Part shown: positions 43,337 through 54,833 of the stretch, piece by piece
How positions within the stretch are numbered: the first letter of the stretch is position 1
Layout of the letters: the number at the start of each line of letters is the position of its first letter
NCBI GenBank assembly: GCA_004764695.1
Contig: SMSO01000032.1
Span: 558,001 to 622,000, forward strand
Reading direction: 5' to 3'
Length of the DNA: 64,000 nucleotides
DNA from: Schizochytrium sp. TIO01
Taxonomy: Eukaryota; Protista; Bigyra: Labyrinthulomycetes
Position numbers and translations under genes: made by a program
The notes under the pieces: model-generated
Told to the model about the DNA's origin: nothing
The model's database searches: none
What the model saw: the letters and a program-made list of their open reading frames with translations, nothing else

Positions 43337-44563
43337 ATGGACATGAACGCAGAGGTTAGAGCACTCGAGGTCCAGCATGTTTCTTCTCAAGAAGCGTGTA
43401 GGCTTCTGCAAACCCTTGTGGAAAAGGTTTTTCTTGACGCGGGTCTTGAGCTCCCATATGTTGTCATGGAGGAACTAGACTGCGCAGGAAGATTAAGGGT
43501 ATTTCCTTGCTTTGAAGAAGTAAGCTTGCTTCCAATTGGGCCTAAGTTACTCCAATTGATGAAACTTGCTGATGTATTGCACGAAACTTTGCAACAAGGC
43601 CGTACATTGACTTTACGTGACATTTACTACCTTTTGAAAGGTACAGAATATGCATTCAAAAGTTACGAAGCTTGTTCAAGAGCCATGCAAGAACTGACAT
43701 GGCACCTACGTATTTCACGAGCTTGTCTAGGTGTAGTTGCGCATAGCAGGGGAATAATCATTGGACCTATCATTGTACACACAACAATGGAAGTGAGACG
43801 ACCAGTGGAGCAACATATTTATTCCGAAAATCAATCGACGACTAGTTTTAAAGAAGTCTTTGAATTGTCTGAGTCGGCTTGGAAAGCAAACATTCCAATC
43901 CGTAGTGAAGTTCTGCTCTCTGGGAAAGTCAGAGTTTCAACAGTAGCAAATATCAATTCACCTGCATTCATTCTTGTTGTAGAAAAAGCAGCCATTTTCC
44001 ACCAGCTTGAGCAGGCAGGCTTTCATGAGAGATTTCGTTGCGTTCTTCTGACAGGCCGAGGAATGCCATGCTTTGCGACACGAGCATTTCTGCGCAAACT
44101 TGTAAATCAGTTTCCTCGAGTTCCAGTGTTAGCCCTGATGGATTGGAACCCATTTGGACTTGGTATTGCACTTACGTATGCTCATGGAGGCTTGCGTGAG
44201 GTAGAAGGCTACCTATGGGCAGTTCCGCAACTACGACTTTTAGGTCTTACAAAGAAAGATGTTGAACACTTTCCACACTCAGTACTCTCAGAAATCGGAC
44301 AGCCTTTCTCAAAAGCTGACCTCAGCCGCTGTCACGGCATTTTGGACTTATACTCTACCTCAGCAATTGCTAATATTCCAGAAGAAGTATCCTTCATGCT
44401 TGAACGACAACATAAACTTGAACTGGAGGTAGTGCAAATGCAAACAGGTGTTTATGATCCTGGTTTCATCTCGGACACATGGCTCCCAAAAAAGATCTAT
44501 CATGCACTTTCAGCTGAATCCGAGCGGCCCTTTGAGTACACAGAGGATCTAGTGAGTGAATGA
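43337..44563 (+). CDS. SPO11: SPO11 / topoisomerase VI subunit A homolog, SPO11-2 type
   Basis: Catalytic-Tyr motif TLRDIYY, SRG.I.G, TOPRIM motifs ILVVEK.AIF, LLTGRGMP..ATR.FL, LMDWNPFG, and KLELE. DWNP in place of DxDP is characteristic of the SPO11-2 clade. Confidence 0.92.
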   Translation: MDMNAEVRALEVQHVSSQEACRLLQTLVEKVFLDAGLELPYVVMEELDCAGRLRVFPCFEEVSLLPIGPKLLQLMKLADVLHETLQQGRTLTLRDIYYLLKGTEYAFKSYEACSRAMQELTWHLRISRACLGVVAHSRGIIIGPIIVHTTMEVRRPVEQHIYSENQSTTSFKEVFELSESAWKANIPIRSEVLLSGKVRVSTVANINSPAFILVVEKAAIFHQLEQAGFHERFRCVLLTGRGMPCFATRAFLRKLVNQFPRVPVLALMDWNPFGLGIALTYAHGGLREVEGYLWAVPQLRLLGLTKKDVEHFPHSVLSEIGQPFSKADLSRCHGILDLYSTSAIANIPEEVSFMLERQHKLELEVVQMQTGVYDPGFISDTWLPKKIYHALSAESERPFEYTEDLVSE

Positions 44564-44886
44564 TATATCCCACTCTTCATGAAAGATCCGTTCAGAAATT
44601 CAAATGGTGTGTACCATGCTGAGAACCTCCTGTAGGGGAACGTAGGTGTCAAGTCGGGACTGAGACCTAGGAATCAGAGGATTGAAGAAGCTGGCAGAAA
44701 TATCGACAGGGAGGAGAAGAGCGCTCACATTGAACACAAAGGCTTCGGTGTGGCTCGTGCATCCCTTATCGCTTTAAAAGCGCGGTGTCGCTTTTCGTGG
44801 GGTTTCTTGGCGACCACATTGCGGACTCACATTTCAAAGACTTGCCAAGTTCTCCATCTACGTCACCAAAGACTTCGAACTCCAGT

Positions 44887-45780
44887 ATGTCTTTATCTGA
44901 ACAAAAGATTGAACAAGTTGAGCGCCATGGAAGCACCGGAAGCTTGGGCCAGGACTGCATTGATGTAATGGAGGAAGAGATGTTTATTGCACAAATGACT
45001 GAGAAACTACCGAGGCATGCTCCAGAACACTTAGTCGGCTTTCGCCAAGAGTTTGACAAGGTACGACGAACTTTAGCACATAGTCTGGAACGTGAAAAAT
45101 CTTATTTGGGTCGTATTAAGGAGTTAAAAGCAAGGCTAACAGAGACAAACAAACAATTAAAAACTCGAACGGCAGTAGCCGAATCTTTGGAACGTCAGGT
45201 GAAGCGACTTGACGAAGAGCGGCGTCGGGCTGTTCGCTCAGAGACTTTTGCACGCGAACGTGAAGAAAATGCACGAAAGATTGTCATGTCCCTTAAGCAG
45301 CAACTTGCAAATCTTGAAACTCGCGTACACCAGAATGATGGTCGGAGTCCAGCAAAAGCATTAGCACTTGCTCGCCAGCAGTACGACGAAGAAGAGGAAA
45401 AGCGAGCAGATGAATTATTATTCCAGAGAACTAGAGGCATCGAAGACATTTCTCCGTTTGACCAATGGAAGAAAATTTACGGGCAATGGACCCCTAGTGC
45501 TCCTGTTAACTCTGCTCAGTCTCAATCGTCCACTGCTCCTCGTGCTGCCTATGAACTCTATGCAGCAACTCATCCTGGTCGCCCACATGCGCATGAGTTA
45601 GCTCTGGCTCATGCAAATCGAGTTCAGCAGCAACATCAAGGACAGCAAAAGCAAAATGGCGTTACATCCCGGGCAACTTCATCACATCACCGTCTAGAAA
45701 CACCAATGCAAAAAGCAGAGGCTGATATTTTAAAGCGTCGTGCTGCCACTGCCCCCCGATCTAAAATATTGATTTCTTGA
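44887..45780 (+). CDS. Short coiled-coil protein resembling the N-terminus of ciliary protein CFAP58
   Basis: ORF 44785..45780, first ATG at 44887. Heptad coiled coil; FRQEFDKVRRTLAHSLEREK...IKEL and REENARKIVMSLKQQLANL recall the CFAP58 N-terminus. Low-complexity tail. Confidence 0.55.
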   Translation: MSLSEQKIEQVERHGSTGSLGQDCIDVMEEEMFIAQMTEKLPRHAPEHLVGFRQEFDKVRRTLAHSLEREKSYLGRIKELKARLTETNKQLKTRTAVAESLERQVKRLDEERRRAVRSETFAREREENARKIVMSLKQQLANLETRVHQNDGRSPAKALALARQQYDEEEEKRADELLFQRTRGIEDISPFDQWKKIYGQWTPSAPVNSAQSQSSTAPRAAYELYAATHPGRPHAHELALAHANRVQQQHQGQQKQNGVTSRATSSHHRLETPMQKAEADILKRRAATAPRSKILIS

Positions 45781-47776
45781 CCATAAGCTGTGTAGAGGCA
45801 TTTGAAAAATGTCTTATTAGGTTATTTATCTTTTGACTTGAAATTTCCCATATGAGGCAACTTAGTTTCGTCCCCATATTTGATTATGAAATGAATTCTC
45901 TACAACGGCGTACCCAAGTTGAGCTTTTTCCCCATTGTGGTTCCCAGAAGGGCAGATACAGTTTAAACCCCAGAACTCTACAAATTGTTTTTAGACGATG
46001 ATTTCCCTCTACCTTCTATTACAATTAATCACAGTCTGCATACGTTTAGTCTCGCCAGCCTGCACCAGCATGCTGTTACTACTACTGCTAATTGAAAGAA
46101 TACTACCATGAGATCGTAACATAGATCAAAGAGAACTAGCTTCAGCATCTGTAGGTACTACTTTACCAGTGACAGTCTCTTCCCGATTGGCCGACTCTCC
46201 TTGTGTGACATGTCAGGTAACATGTCGGAGCCCTAGCTACTCTAGTGCAAGACCTACTATTTTGATGTAAAAAAAGGTGGAATTCTTTACCTAATCCTAC
46301 CTGATGGTCCCGTTTTTTATGTTTGGGTTGATTCAATGAACCTTTCCCCACCATAGCTAAGCCCCAGCCAACCTTTTGACACACCAGACTGTCTTAGATT
46401 ATAAAAATCCCTTCGCCCAAGTATCCTATGGCACATCTCCTACTCTTCAATGTCAAGATAACTGGATCTGAGACCTTCATTCTGAAATAAGACTCTCAAG
46501 AGCTAAGAATGATTGCTCTAGCCAATGCCTGACGAATCGTATTCATTCCTTTGTTGAAAAGTGACTTCTTCCTTGGCACGTGTCGTCTCGCTCTTTTTTT
46601 TATTTTACACTCTCTTTAGCAACACCGTTTCCTTAGTTGAAGCATAGCAGACCCTTAGGCACGATGCCAAATCGGCCAGCTCTTCCGCTTAAAGGCTGTA
46701 GTACCTTGGTACTGGCAGTACTACTAGATCTTACCAATGCAATGGTTGTACGGTTTGTTTGGGCTTCTGACGATAGTCATGATAAGAAACTAAAACTCTA
46801 CCTACCTGCCAAACTTTATAAACAATCTCGCTTATTTGTCTTGCCAGTGTCCCCTGGCCTTCATGAGATCCCATTTACCTAGCGCTTCTATGCTCTTGGT
46901 TTAAAGTGTTGTTAAAGCTCTCTCATTTGGTAAAACTGCAGGTCATTCATGATCGCAACAAGCACCAGGGAGATCTCTGATTCTCAGGGACATTGACATT
47001 TACTGCTACGACCCCACCTGCTTTCATCTATGGGCCATCATTCGTTGCTCCTTTGACCGAAGACTCCCTAGCCATGGCTACCGTCTCTTGCTCAGGTCTC
47101 GTGCAAGCAAGAGTCACTTTTTCTTTCTTTCTCTTCGATTTTCATCGCAAGCGAAGAGAAGGCACGACTAATGGGTTCCTAATATTTACCATAAGAGGCT
47201 GCATAGCCGAAATGTGGAAAGAGGATTAAGAACTTACAGAACAACTTTACACGTAGGAGCTATATAGGCTCAGGTACGGAGACTCAAAGTGTTTCCGTCT
47301 CTCCACCTTAACATCTCAAGATGTTGAACTGGTTATCATCACTCGCATGCGACAGCATACGTGAAGCCAAACAAAGGAACTCGCTGGCTTCAACCAGTCC
47401 AAACCAAGAAGTCTCGATAGAGACCTTTTTGATCGAGATCGCCTGAGCCGCTTTTAGATTGAAGGGTTGGCGGCTGCTGCTATCGTGAGAGAATCTTTTT
47501 CGTGCTGAGTAAAACTTCAGCAGAGGGCACTTGATTAGATCATCTACAGACGACAAAGGGGGAACTCGACGTTTCGCCCTGCGAACAGAAGCCCTATTTT
47601 AACTTCTTAGATACTCGTGGGCTCTACCAGCACGTTTGCTTGAGAAGACACCACGGCTGCTCGTACGGGCATCGGTTGCAGCGAGAGAGGTTGAGTGAAG
47701 CGGAGATCGCAAGTCTCACTGGCGTCATTGTAGTACGCGTACATACTTGCTGCTGATAAAGTATCCACATAGAAAC

Positions 47777-48859
47777 ATGTTTGGAAACCACCGCAAGAGC
47801 ATGCCAAAGCTACACAGCAGCTCGAACAAGAAGCTTAGTCTGACAGGCCACACAAACGTCGACATTGCTTTGCAGCGGCATGCTGAGATCGAGAGCCACG
47901 CACGAAATGTAGCTAACACAGTTAAGACTTTTCTTGCCAAGGTTCGTGAGCAGGCCGATGCATCATCCCAGGTAACTCAAGCAATGCGCACGTATTACGC
48001 TGGGTCAGGCGGTGAGGCCAAGGTGCGCGTATTCGAGTCTGCCCATGAAAAGGTGGATAAACAAATTCCGGACGAGCTGATGACCATTGCTCAGGAACAT
48101 ATTATGCGAAGGCTCGATGCTTACATGAATGAGCTTGCTGACGTGCAGAAAGAGATCAAGACCTTTCATGATCGCCAACATACATTTCAGCATTATTCAA
48201 AGAAAGTACACAAGCTTGATGAAGAGCACTCCAAGCGTGAGCGGGAAGGCAAAGTGGAAAAACCTAAGCAAATTGAAAAGCTCACGCGAAACCGCAAAAA
48301 ACTTGTAGATTCTCGCGATGCCCGCGACCAAATGATTGGATCCTTGCTTAACAAACTGGAGTACTTCTTCCAGACACGCATTTCTACAATGGACCCCATC
48401 CTCAACCATTTGTTTCAATTTCAACAGGCGTTTTATACGAACTGTGGTAATGCATTGCAGGTGGACCTTCCTGAGACCTTGGAAACTAACTCATATGATG
48501 CCAGAAACACAACTAGTCCTTTGAGTGCTCAACGACCAGATCCTGTCCAAACTACGTCTTCATTCGATGCTCACGGCAATCGCAGATTCTCTGCAGAACC
48601 ATCACCGCCTGGATCTTATCGTTCAAGCATGGGATCGGAGGCCTCTTCCCCGTATAGCACACCGAGCTATTCGCCTGGTCCCATTCCTAGTGCTGCTGGA
48701 AAGACCATGCCCCCTCGGCCTCAATCTAGTCGCCCTGCCCCACCTCCTCCTCCTCCTCCCTCAGCTACACAGCGAAGTGCTTACGCTGATAGTGGTTTGG
48801 ACGCTGCCTACCCCGCACATCAGCGAACTGCGACAAATGACAATTGGTTCACTGTGTAA
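47777..48859 (+). CDS. BAR-domain protein with Ser/Pro-rich C-terminal tail
   Basis: About 230 aa of three long amphipathic helices, with BAR-type segments (FQHYSKKVHKL, KLTRNRKKL), followed by a disordered tail containing RPAPPPPPPP. First ATG at 47777. Confidence 0.8.
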   Translation: MFGNHRKSMPKLHSSSNKKLSLTGHTNVDIALQRHAEIESHARNVANTVKTFLAKVREQADASSQVTQAMRTYYAGSGGEAKVRVFESAHEKVDKQIPDELMTIAQEHIMRRLDAYMNELADVQKEIKTFHDRQHTFQHYSKKVHKLDEEHSKREREGKVEKPKQIEKLTRNRKKLVDSRDARDQMIGSLLNKLEYFFQTRISTMDPILNHLFQFQQAFYTNCGNALQVDLPETLETNSYDARNTTSPLSAQRPDPVQTTSSFDAHGNRRFSAEPSPPGSYRSSMGSEASSPYSTPSYSPGPIPSAAGKTMPPRPQSSRPAPPPPPPPSATQRSAYADSGLDAAYPAHQRTATNDNWFTV

Positions 48860-49812
48860 TGAAATACCTTGAACATCTTTACCTGAGGCGGATTTCAGGT
48901 TGAAAGGTGAATTCGGAGTATCGCGGACTGCCTCTCTTTCAATTAGTTACACTGTCGTTGTAAACAAGCAAGTGGGACAGGCGATTGCCTCCGTGTTTTG
49001 TATAGTTAGCTACTCACGTGGACAACTTTGAGTTCTTTACTCTACCTTTTAAATAAATAATGCACAATTTTTGCGAATATTTCGGATGTTTAGATAACTC
49101 CTGGAGAACCATCATAAGCAAGCTTGCACAGTCACGCGTAGTTTATATGGTTTTGAAGACCATATACACTCCTATAGTTTATATTAACAATATCACCTAG
49201 AGCATCAGGAAGACATGATTTATAAGATTAAAATTATAAAATATCTTATTTAATTTTAAAAATAAACAGCCTATGAATTCTGTTGAAAGCCCCACAACAC
49301 CAAACACAAATCAGTACTATTAGTTAGACAGTCTAACTATTACTTGGGATTTTGAATGGATTCAAATAAAGAGAGATAACAGCCTCTTTTATATTTTGGA
49401 AGGCACTGAGTACTAAAAGCCTTCTGACCTTCACCTGACCAATTTGAAAAGCTTACCTCTAGGACACTGGTGCCAAGAACCTTTCTAAATGATAATCTTG
49501 GGGTCAAACATTTCACCTACCTTCAACGTTCTTCTTGATCATCATGTCCTATCTTCGCTAGATTCTGGATTCTTGCAATCAAACAGGTCTTTAAAGTATG
49601 GACTTACAAGGAATCATGCGAGTGCGAGTCGAGAAAAAGAAATAATATAACAGGAGTAGCAGGCAGCAGACACATTCAAAAGAATTCTATTCATGACTGA
49701 CCGATTGAGGTGCCAAGTGATGAAGATATCAGTGATCTAAAACGAAACAAAAACAATGGAATGTAAAAAAGGTAATCAGGGAAATGAAACAATTTAGTTA
49801 AAAAAGGTAAAT

Positions 49813-51262
49813 TTACTGCTTCTTGACGAAGTTGATACCCTTGTTGACCTGCTTGGTAAGGTCGCCGATCATCTCGTCGAACTTAGCCTGCTCGAAGGCG
49901 GAGAGGGTGGGGATCTCACCAACCTTCTCAACACCGTTGGGGCCGAGGAGGCAGGGGGTGGAGAAGAAGTTGCAGCCCTTGTCGGCGGCGACGTGGGACT
50001 CAACGAAGGTGCACTCAACGACGTTCTTCTCGCCGGCGGCAGCGCGGAGGAGAGACTCGGTGAAGCGGGCAGCGGCGTAAGCCATGGAGAGGGTGGCGGA
50101 GCCAGCGCCCTCCTTGGCCTGGACGACCTCATCACCACCGAAGGCGATGCGGTGGCTGAGGCGCTCGATCTGCTCATCGGTGAAGTTGGCGCCCTTGATG
50201 TGGGAGAGGAGGGGGAGGATGGTGATACCGGCGTGGCCACCAATGACGGGCACGTTGACCTCGTTCATGGGGAGGCCGAGCTCGTGGCCAACGAAGCAGT
50301 TGGAGCGCACGACATCGAGGGTGGTGACACCCATGATCTTGCGCTTGTCGTAGACACCGTGGGCCTTGAGGGTCTCGGCCATGATGGGGACGGTGGAGTT
50401 GACCGGGTTAGAGATGATAAGCACGAAGGCGTTGGGGCAGGCCTCGGCGATGGTCTTACCAATGCTCTGCACAATGCTGGCGTTGGTGTTGAAGAGGTCA
50501 TCGCGGCTCATACCGGGCTTGCGGGGCACACCGGCAGGGATCACGACGGCGTCACAGCCGGTGAGGAGGTCCTTCATGGCCTCAGGGCCATCACCACCGG
50601 TGACCTTGCCCTCAGTGTCGATGTGGCTGAGGTCAGCGCTGACACCCTTGGAGCCGTGCTGTGCTCATGAACAGACAAATTAGCACGTGCACACAACATT
50701 AGAAAAACAATTAATTGCACATTTGCATCGAAAAAGATACATTCCACCACAAGATAGTAGATTTGCATTCCACGTGTTTTGAAAGTCAAAACGTTAGTCA
50801 ATCAAAGTTCTCATCATCAATGCTAAAAGGATACCCTCTCTAGGGGACCACGGTATTGCACTCGCGTTCATACGCGTTGGCGCACAAATGCATGCATGTC
50901 CGTCGCTTGCCAGCTATCTTTTCAAGCTCGAATTTCGCAAGCAGCAATCATCTGCGGCTATTATTGCATTTGGTTTGCACTATCGAGGCTCGAGGCCAGA
51001 AAGTTTTTGGCGGAGCGAGTCAACACTGCTCAGATTGCGTGAAGGCTGAGGAGGTCCGGTTGAGAGCGTGCTAGAAAGTTGAACTTACGACGTCGCTAAG
51101 GCGGAGGTCGCCGATGAGGGGGCTCTGCTTAAGGAGCAGACTGAGGGGGGCACCGATGCCGCCGGAGGCGCCGATGACACCAACGGTGGGCTTCTTGGTG
51201 CTCATGGCACGGGAGGCCACGCTGGTGGCCATGGCGCGAGCCTTGTTCATGGAGGAGAGCAT
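49813..51262 (-). CDS. MDH2: Mitochondrial malate dehydrogenase, 339 aa; exons 51262-51089 and 50658-49813
   Basis: Exon 1 has the presequence and VIGASGGIGAPLSLLLK. A 430-nt intron gtaagt...ctaat...cacag joins SDV|HGSKGVSADLSHI. Exon 2 has PAGVPRKPGMSRDDLFNTNA, ISNPVNSTVP, TLDVVR, VIGGHAG and GSATLSMAYA. Confidence 0.98.
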
Positions 51263-52242
51263 CTTCTTGAGTGCGAGTAAAGTCTGCTTGGATGAGCGAG
51301 CGGAGATCCAGATTTGCTGGCGGCTGCTCGCGGATGGCCGCTCCTCATCTCCTTCTCTAGAAGAGAGGAATGTTTAACAAAAATAATTGTTTTTTAATTT
51401 AAAAACAAATTTTTAAAATACTTTAGTAACTACCTTTTCTTTTAATAGCCTCTTTCTCTTTCTTCCTTTTCAAGGTCACTTCTGCGTAGTTTTACTATGA
51501 CGTGTCTCTATTTCAAGACTGCGCTCCTCTCTTTAATTGCTCGGCTCTACCTCTCCAGGTCTTTTCATCTGCCGCACACGAGAAATCTTTTCTCATTCTT
51601 TCCCCTCTCGATTTTGCCAGCTGCGGAAAATGCCTACTTCTGATCTTAACCGCGCATAACCAACCCCTACCCCTACCAGCCCCAGTGGTGTTGAGGGGAG
51701 GACCCTCGAGAAAAGATCTTTGCAGGAAATCGCGGAGAGGGAGCGCAACGACTTGAAAGAATCAGGGAAAGCTGAGAAAGATACAGTCGCAGATATCATG
51801 GATACAATATGATATCATCGTTCACTCTTCATGACACGAAACGTCCATCACTCCGTCAATCGCTTAATCAATCAACCAATCAAACACACAAAAACATACC
51901 AAGCCATATATCGCCACATCATCCGCACAGGATACAGGCAGACTTTGGCAGCAGATACGTCACATGAAAGATAGTTTGAGACTACTACAGTGCTGTCTGT
52001 CTGTGCAGAGGGAAAGAGAGCGGAGAAAGAGGGTGAAAGAATCGCCTCAGAGAGAAGAAGATTGAGGAGTGGATAAAAGCACGAAGCAGGACATCGCTAG
52101 GAGTTGGCTACTCGAGGCTAGCATGAGGAAACAGATAGAAAGAGACAAGGCTCAAAAACAAAGGCCAAGAATAGATAGTAAACAGATAGTAAAGAGATAG
52201 AAAGTTAGATGGAAAGTTAAATAGATAGTTGATACAGATGCA

Positions 52243-52300
52243 ATGAATGAATGAATGAATGAAGGAATGAATGAAGGAATGAAGGAATGAAGGAATGAAT
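52243..52300. repeat. (GAAT)n/(GAAGGAAT)n simple repeat
   Basis: Direct reading; similar GAAT runs occur at ~3385-3404 and ~13837-13864. Confidence 0.9.
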
Positions 52301-54793
52301 ACACGCGCAGTTTGTTCACACGCTGCGGATGATCCGGTGCGGCGTATGTCGAGCTAGCTTGTGTTTCTCTTGGGAGGGTATGAATACACAGCAGCCATCT
52401 ACCTACCTACCTGCCTACAGGCTGCCGTGTGCGGCGTCTCGCGATCATCATTTGAGGCGTCTGCGATGCTTGTTGAGCCCCTTCTTCTTCGCTATTCTTT
52501 CTGTGCTTTCACAATCATTAATTCATTATCATTCATTTATTCATTGCGCGTTTCTCCATCAATCGCATTCTCTTTACTCAATCTCAATTGTGGCGATGAT
52601 GATGATTGACTTTTCGAGAGATTCATTTTAAAAGCAAAGCAGAATGAATGTGAGAGGAAAAAGAAATCGTACTTGCTGTGCCAGAAGATCATCAGGTCCT
52701 GCGGACTTTCGATCGAGGCAAAGGCAGCAGCTGCCTCCGCATGAGGAACCCAAGCGGAGGCCAAAAGACACTAGTTTCGCAGAAGCAGGAAGCGTATTGT
52801 CCACGGCACTCGCAGCTTCGGCGCCGCTAGCGCTCCTTTCTCGGTCTTCCCGCGAGTCCACAGGAATCATTTCATTGCAAACCCTCCTCTTTCTTTGCAG
52901 TTACATTGCCTCCCCATTCTAGGCAATTGCCTATCAGGCGCTATACAGAGTCGCCTTTACCTTTTACCTTTGTTTGTTTTTAGTTGGTTGAAAAATAATA
53001 AATTGAAAGAAAAGAAAATAACTTTCGAGTGAGTTTGTGAGTGGGTTCGCGATTGTGAGCTAATTAGTTCAAGAGCTCGTTCGTTTGCAGCGCATGGAGA
53101 TGCTCAGAAGTTGCTGCTGCACCCTCCGCAGAACCTTGGCCAGCTTCCAGGGAGAACGCGGCCATCGAACAGCCTAGCCTAAAGTTCCGGTGACACGCAA
53201 GTAAGCCGTCTTGGTTTCATGCCATTTGCGCATCCACAGACAAGATAGAAGGCTAGCACTAGCTAGCTAGTTATTACAGTGCTCTGCTGCTTTCTTTTAA
53301 AGTATGAACTAATTCATTTATTCATTAATTAAAAAAGATAACACAGAGGACCTGCAAAAGGAAAGGACTTTCTAGATTTGCTAATGTTATCTATGGTCGT
53401 CATTTCCATTTTGGTTTCACGCTTTCAATGCTATGCTAAACAAATTCTACAGAGAATTAGCACTTAACATTGATCGAATTGCACTTAAGATCGAACGAAT
53501 TGCAATTTTTATTTTTATTTTCAGAATCTGCCTGCAATTCGTTGAGGGAGGATCGGCGGCCTTCTTCTTGAGGGGCGGCCGAAGCAAGCAGAAGGCATTC
53601 CGAGCCTCTTGCGCTCCTTGCCTTCCTCCCCTCTTCTGTGCCCTGCACTGCACTGCACTTCACTGCATTGCTCTGCTCTGCTCTTCTTTGCTTCTGGATG
53701 TTTCCAATGTCTGGCTGCCGCTTTCTCAGTGCTCAGACAAGGTGCTACTACTACGAGGAGCATCGCTAGGGGCTCCCTACGTGATACGCTACGGCTCCTC
53801 GTGCCAGCGCCAATGCCTCAGGTTTTGCTTTCCTTAAAGATAAAACTCTATATTAAAAGCCCCCTTCTTTAGACATAGCCTACAAGGATTCTATAGTTTT
53901 CTATTGTCTCCTTTTTCTTTCAATTTAATTTAATTTACAATTTTAATTAAAAATATTAGTTAAGAGGCTGCTGCATATTCGCACCTATGATAGTAAAAAG
54001 ATGTATCCATCATCCAAAGTCGAGAATCGATCATAGGTTTGCGCTGGACCCACAGGATTAATGTGCGCCTGCGACACTGAGCTTGCTTGCGAAAGATACA
54101 GAGCCGCTGCCGCTGGACTTCAGCTCGCTTCAGAGGCAGAGCACGGATAATTCTTTGTAGGGCGAGAAAGGTTGAATTGCTGCAAGCGAATTCTACTGCG
54201 GAATTGGCTTCTTCATTCGAGGAGGGCCGAATGATTGATTGCCACATTCTGCATTCTTGTGGCGATTCTCGACTGCAGATTTCTTCGAGCTGCTGTTGTT
54301 GCTGCAAATGACAGCAGAACGAACTGCACAACGACACTATCGTCATCTTGGCATGGCAAAGGGGGAGGGCTTGAAGCTGCACTCGCAGGAATGAATGAGT
54401 CAACGGGTTTCTTCGAGCTGCTCGCTCTGGCGCCTGAAAACCTCGCTGCGAATTTTTGACAAACCAACAAAGGCTCTAATTGCCCGGTGGGATTCTAATC
54501 GTTCAATCGTTCAGGATATCGCTATTGTCCGGCATCGCTTCGGCAGCACTCGCTCGCAATTATTCATTCCACCACCACAAGCTGACACCTCAAGAAACCG
54601 AAACAAAGCCTCGCAGAACACACCGCTCGCAAAGAACCTGCCTGAAGCTTGATTGAAAGAAATTGAGCTCAAGTGAGTTCGCCAAGTCTCTAATCCTGGC
54701 GTCCTGATGACTGTCGATGACCATAGTTCAGGATTCATGACCACGATGAGATTATTTATCCTTTCAAGTTCAGGTTGTTCACTTATTCATGCA

Positions 54794-54833
54794 ATTCTTC
54801 ATTTCTTCATTTCTTCATTTCTTCATTTCTTCA
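54794..54833. repeat. (ATTTCTTC)n octamer repeat, about 5 units
   Basis: Direct reading. Confidence 0.9.

Noticed and set aside
49321-49339. Perfect palindrome TAGTTAGAC-A-GTCTAACTA, and a 12-bp hairpin near 57438-57472
   Set aside because: Isolated short inverted repeats are expected by chance in 64 kb; no supporting context, and bacterial terminator logic does not apply.
49993-50670. 225-aa plus-strand ORF and other overlaps opposite MDH
   Set aside because: Antisense shadows of a gene with very high GC3.
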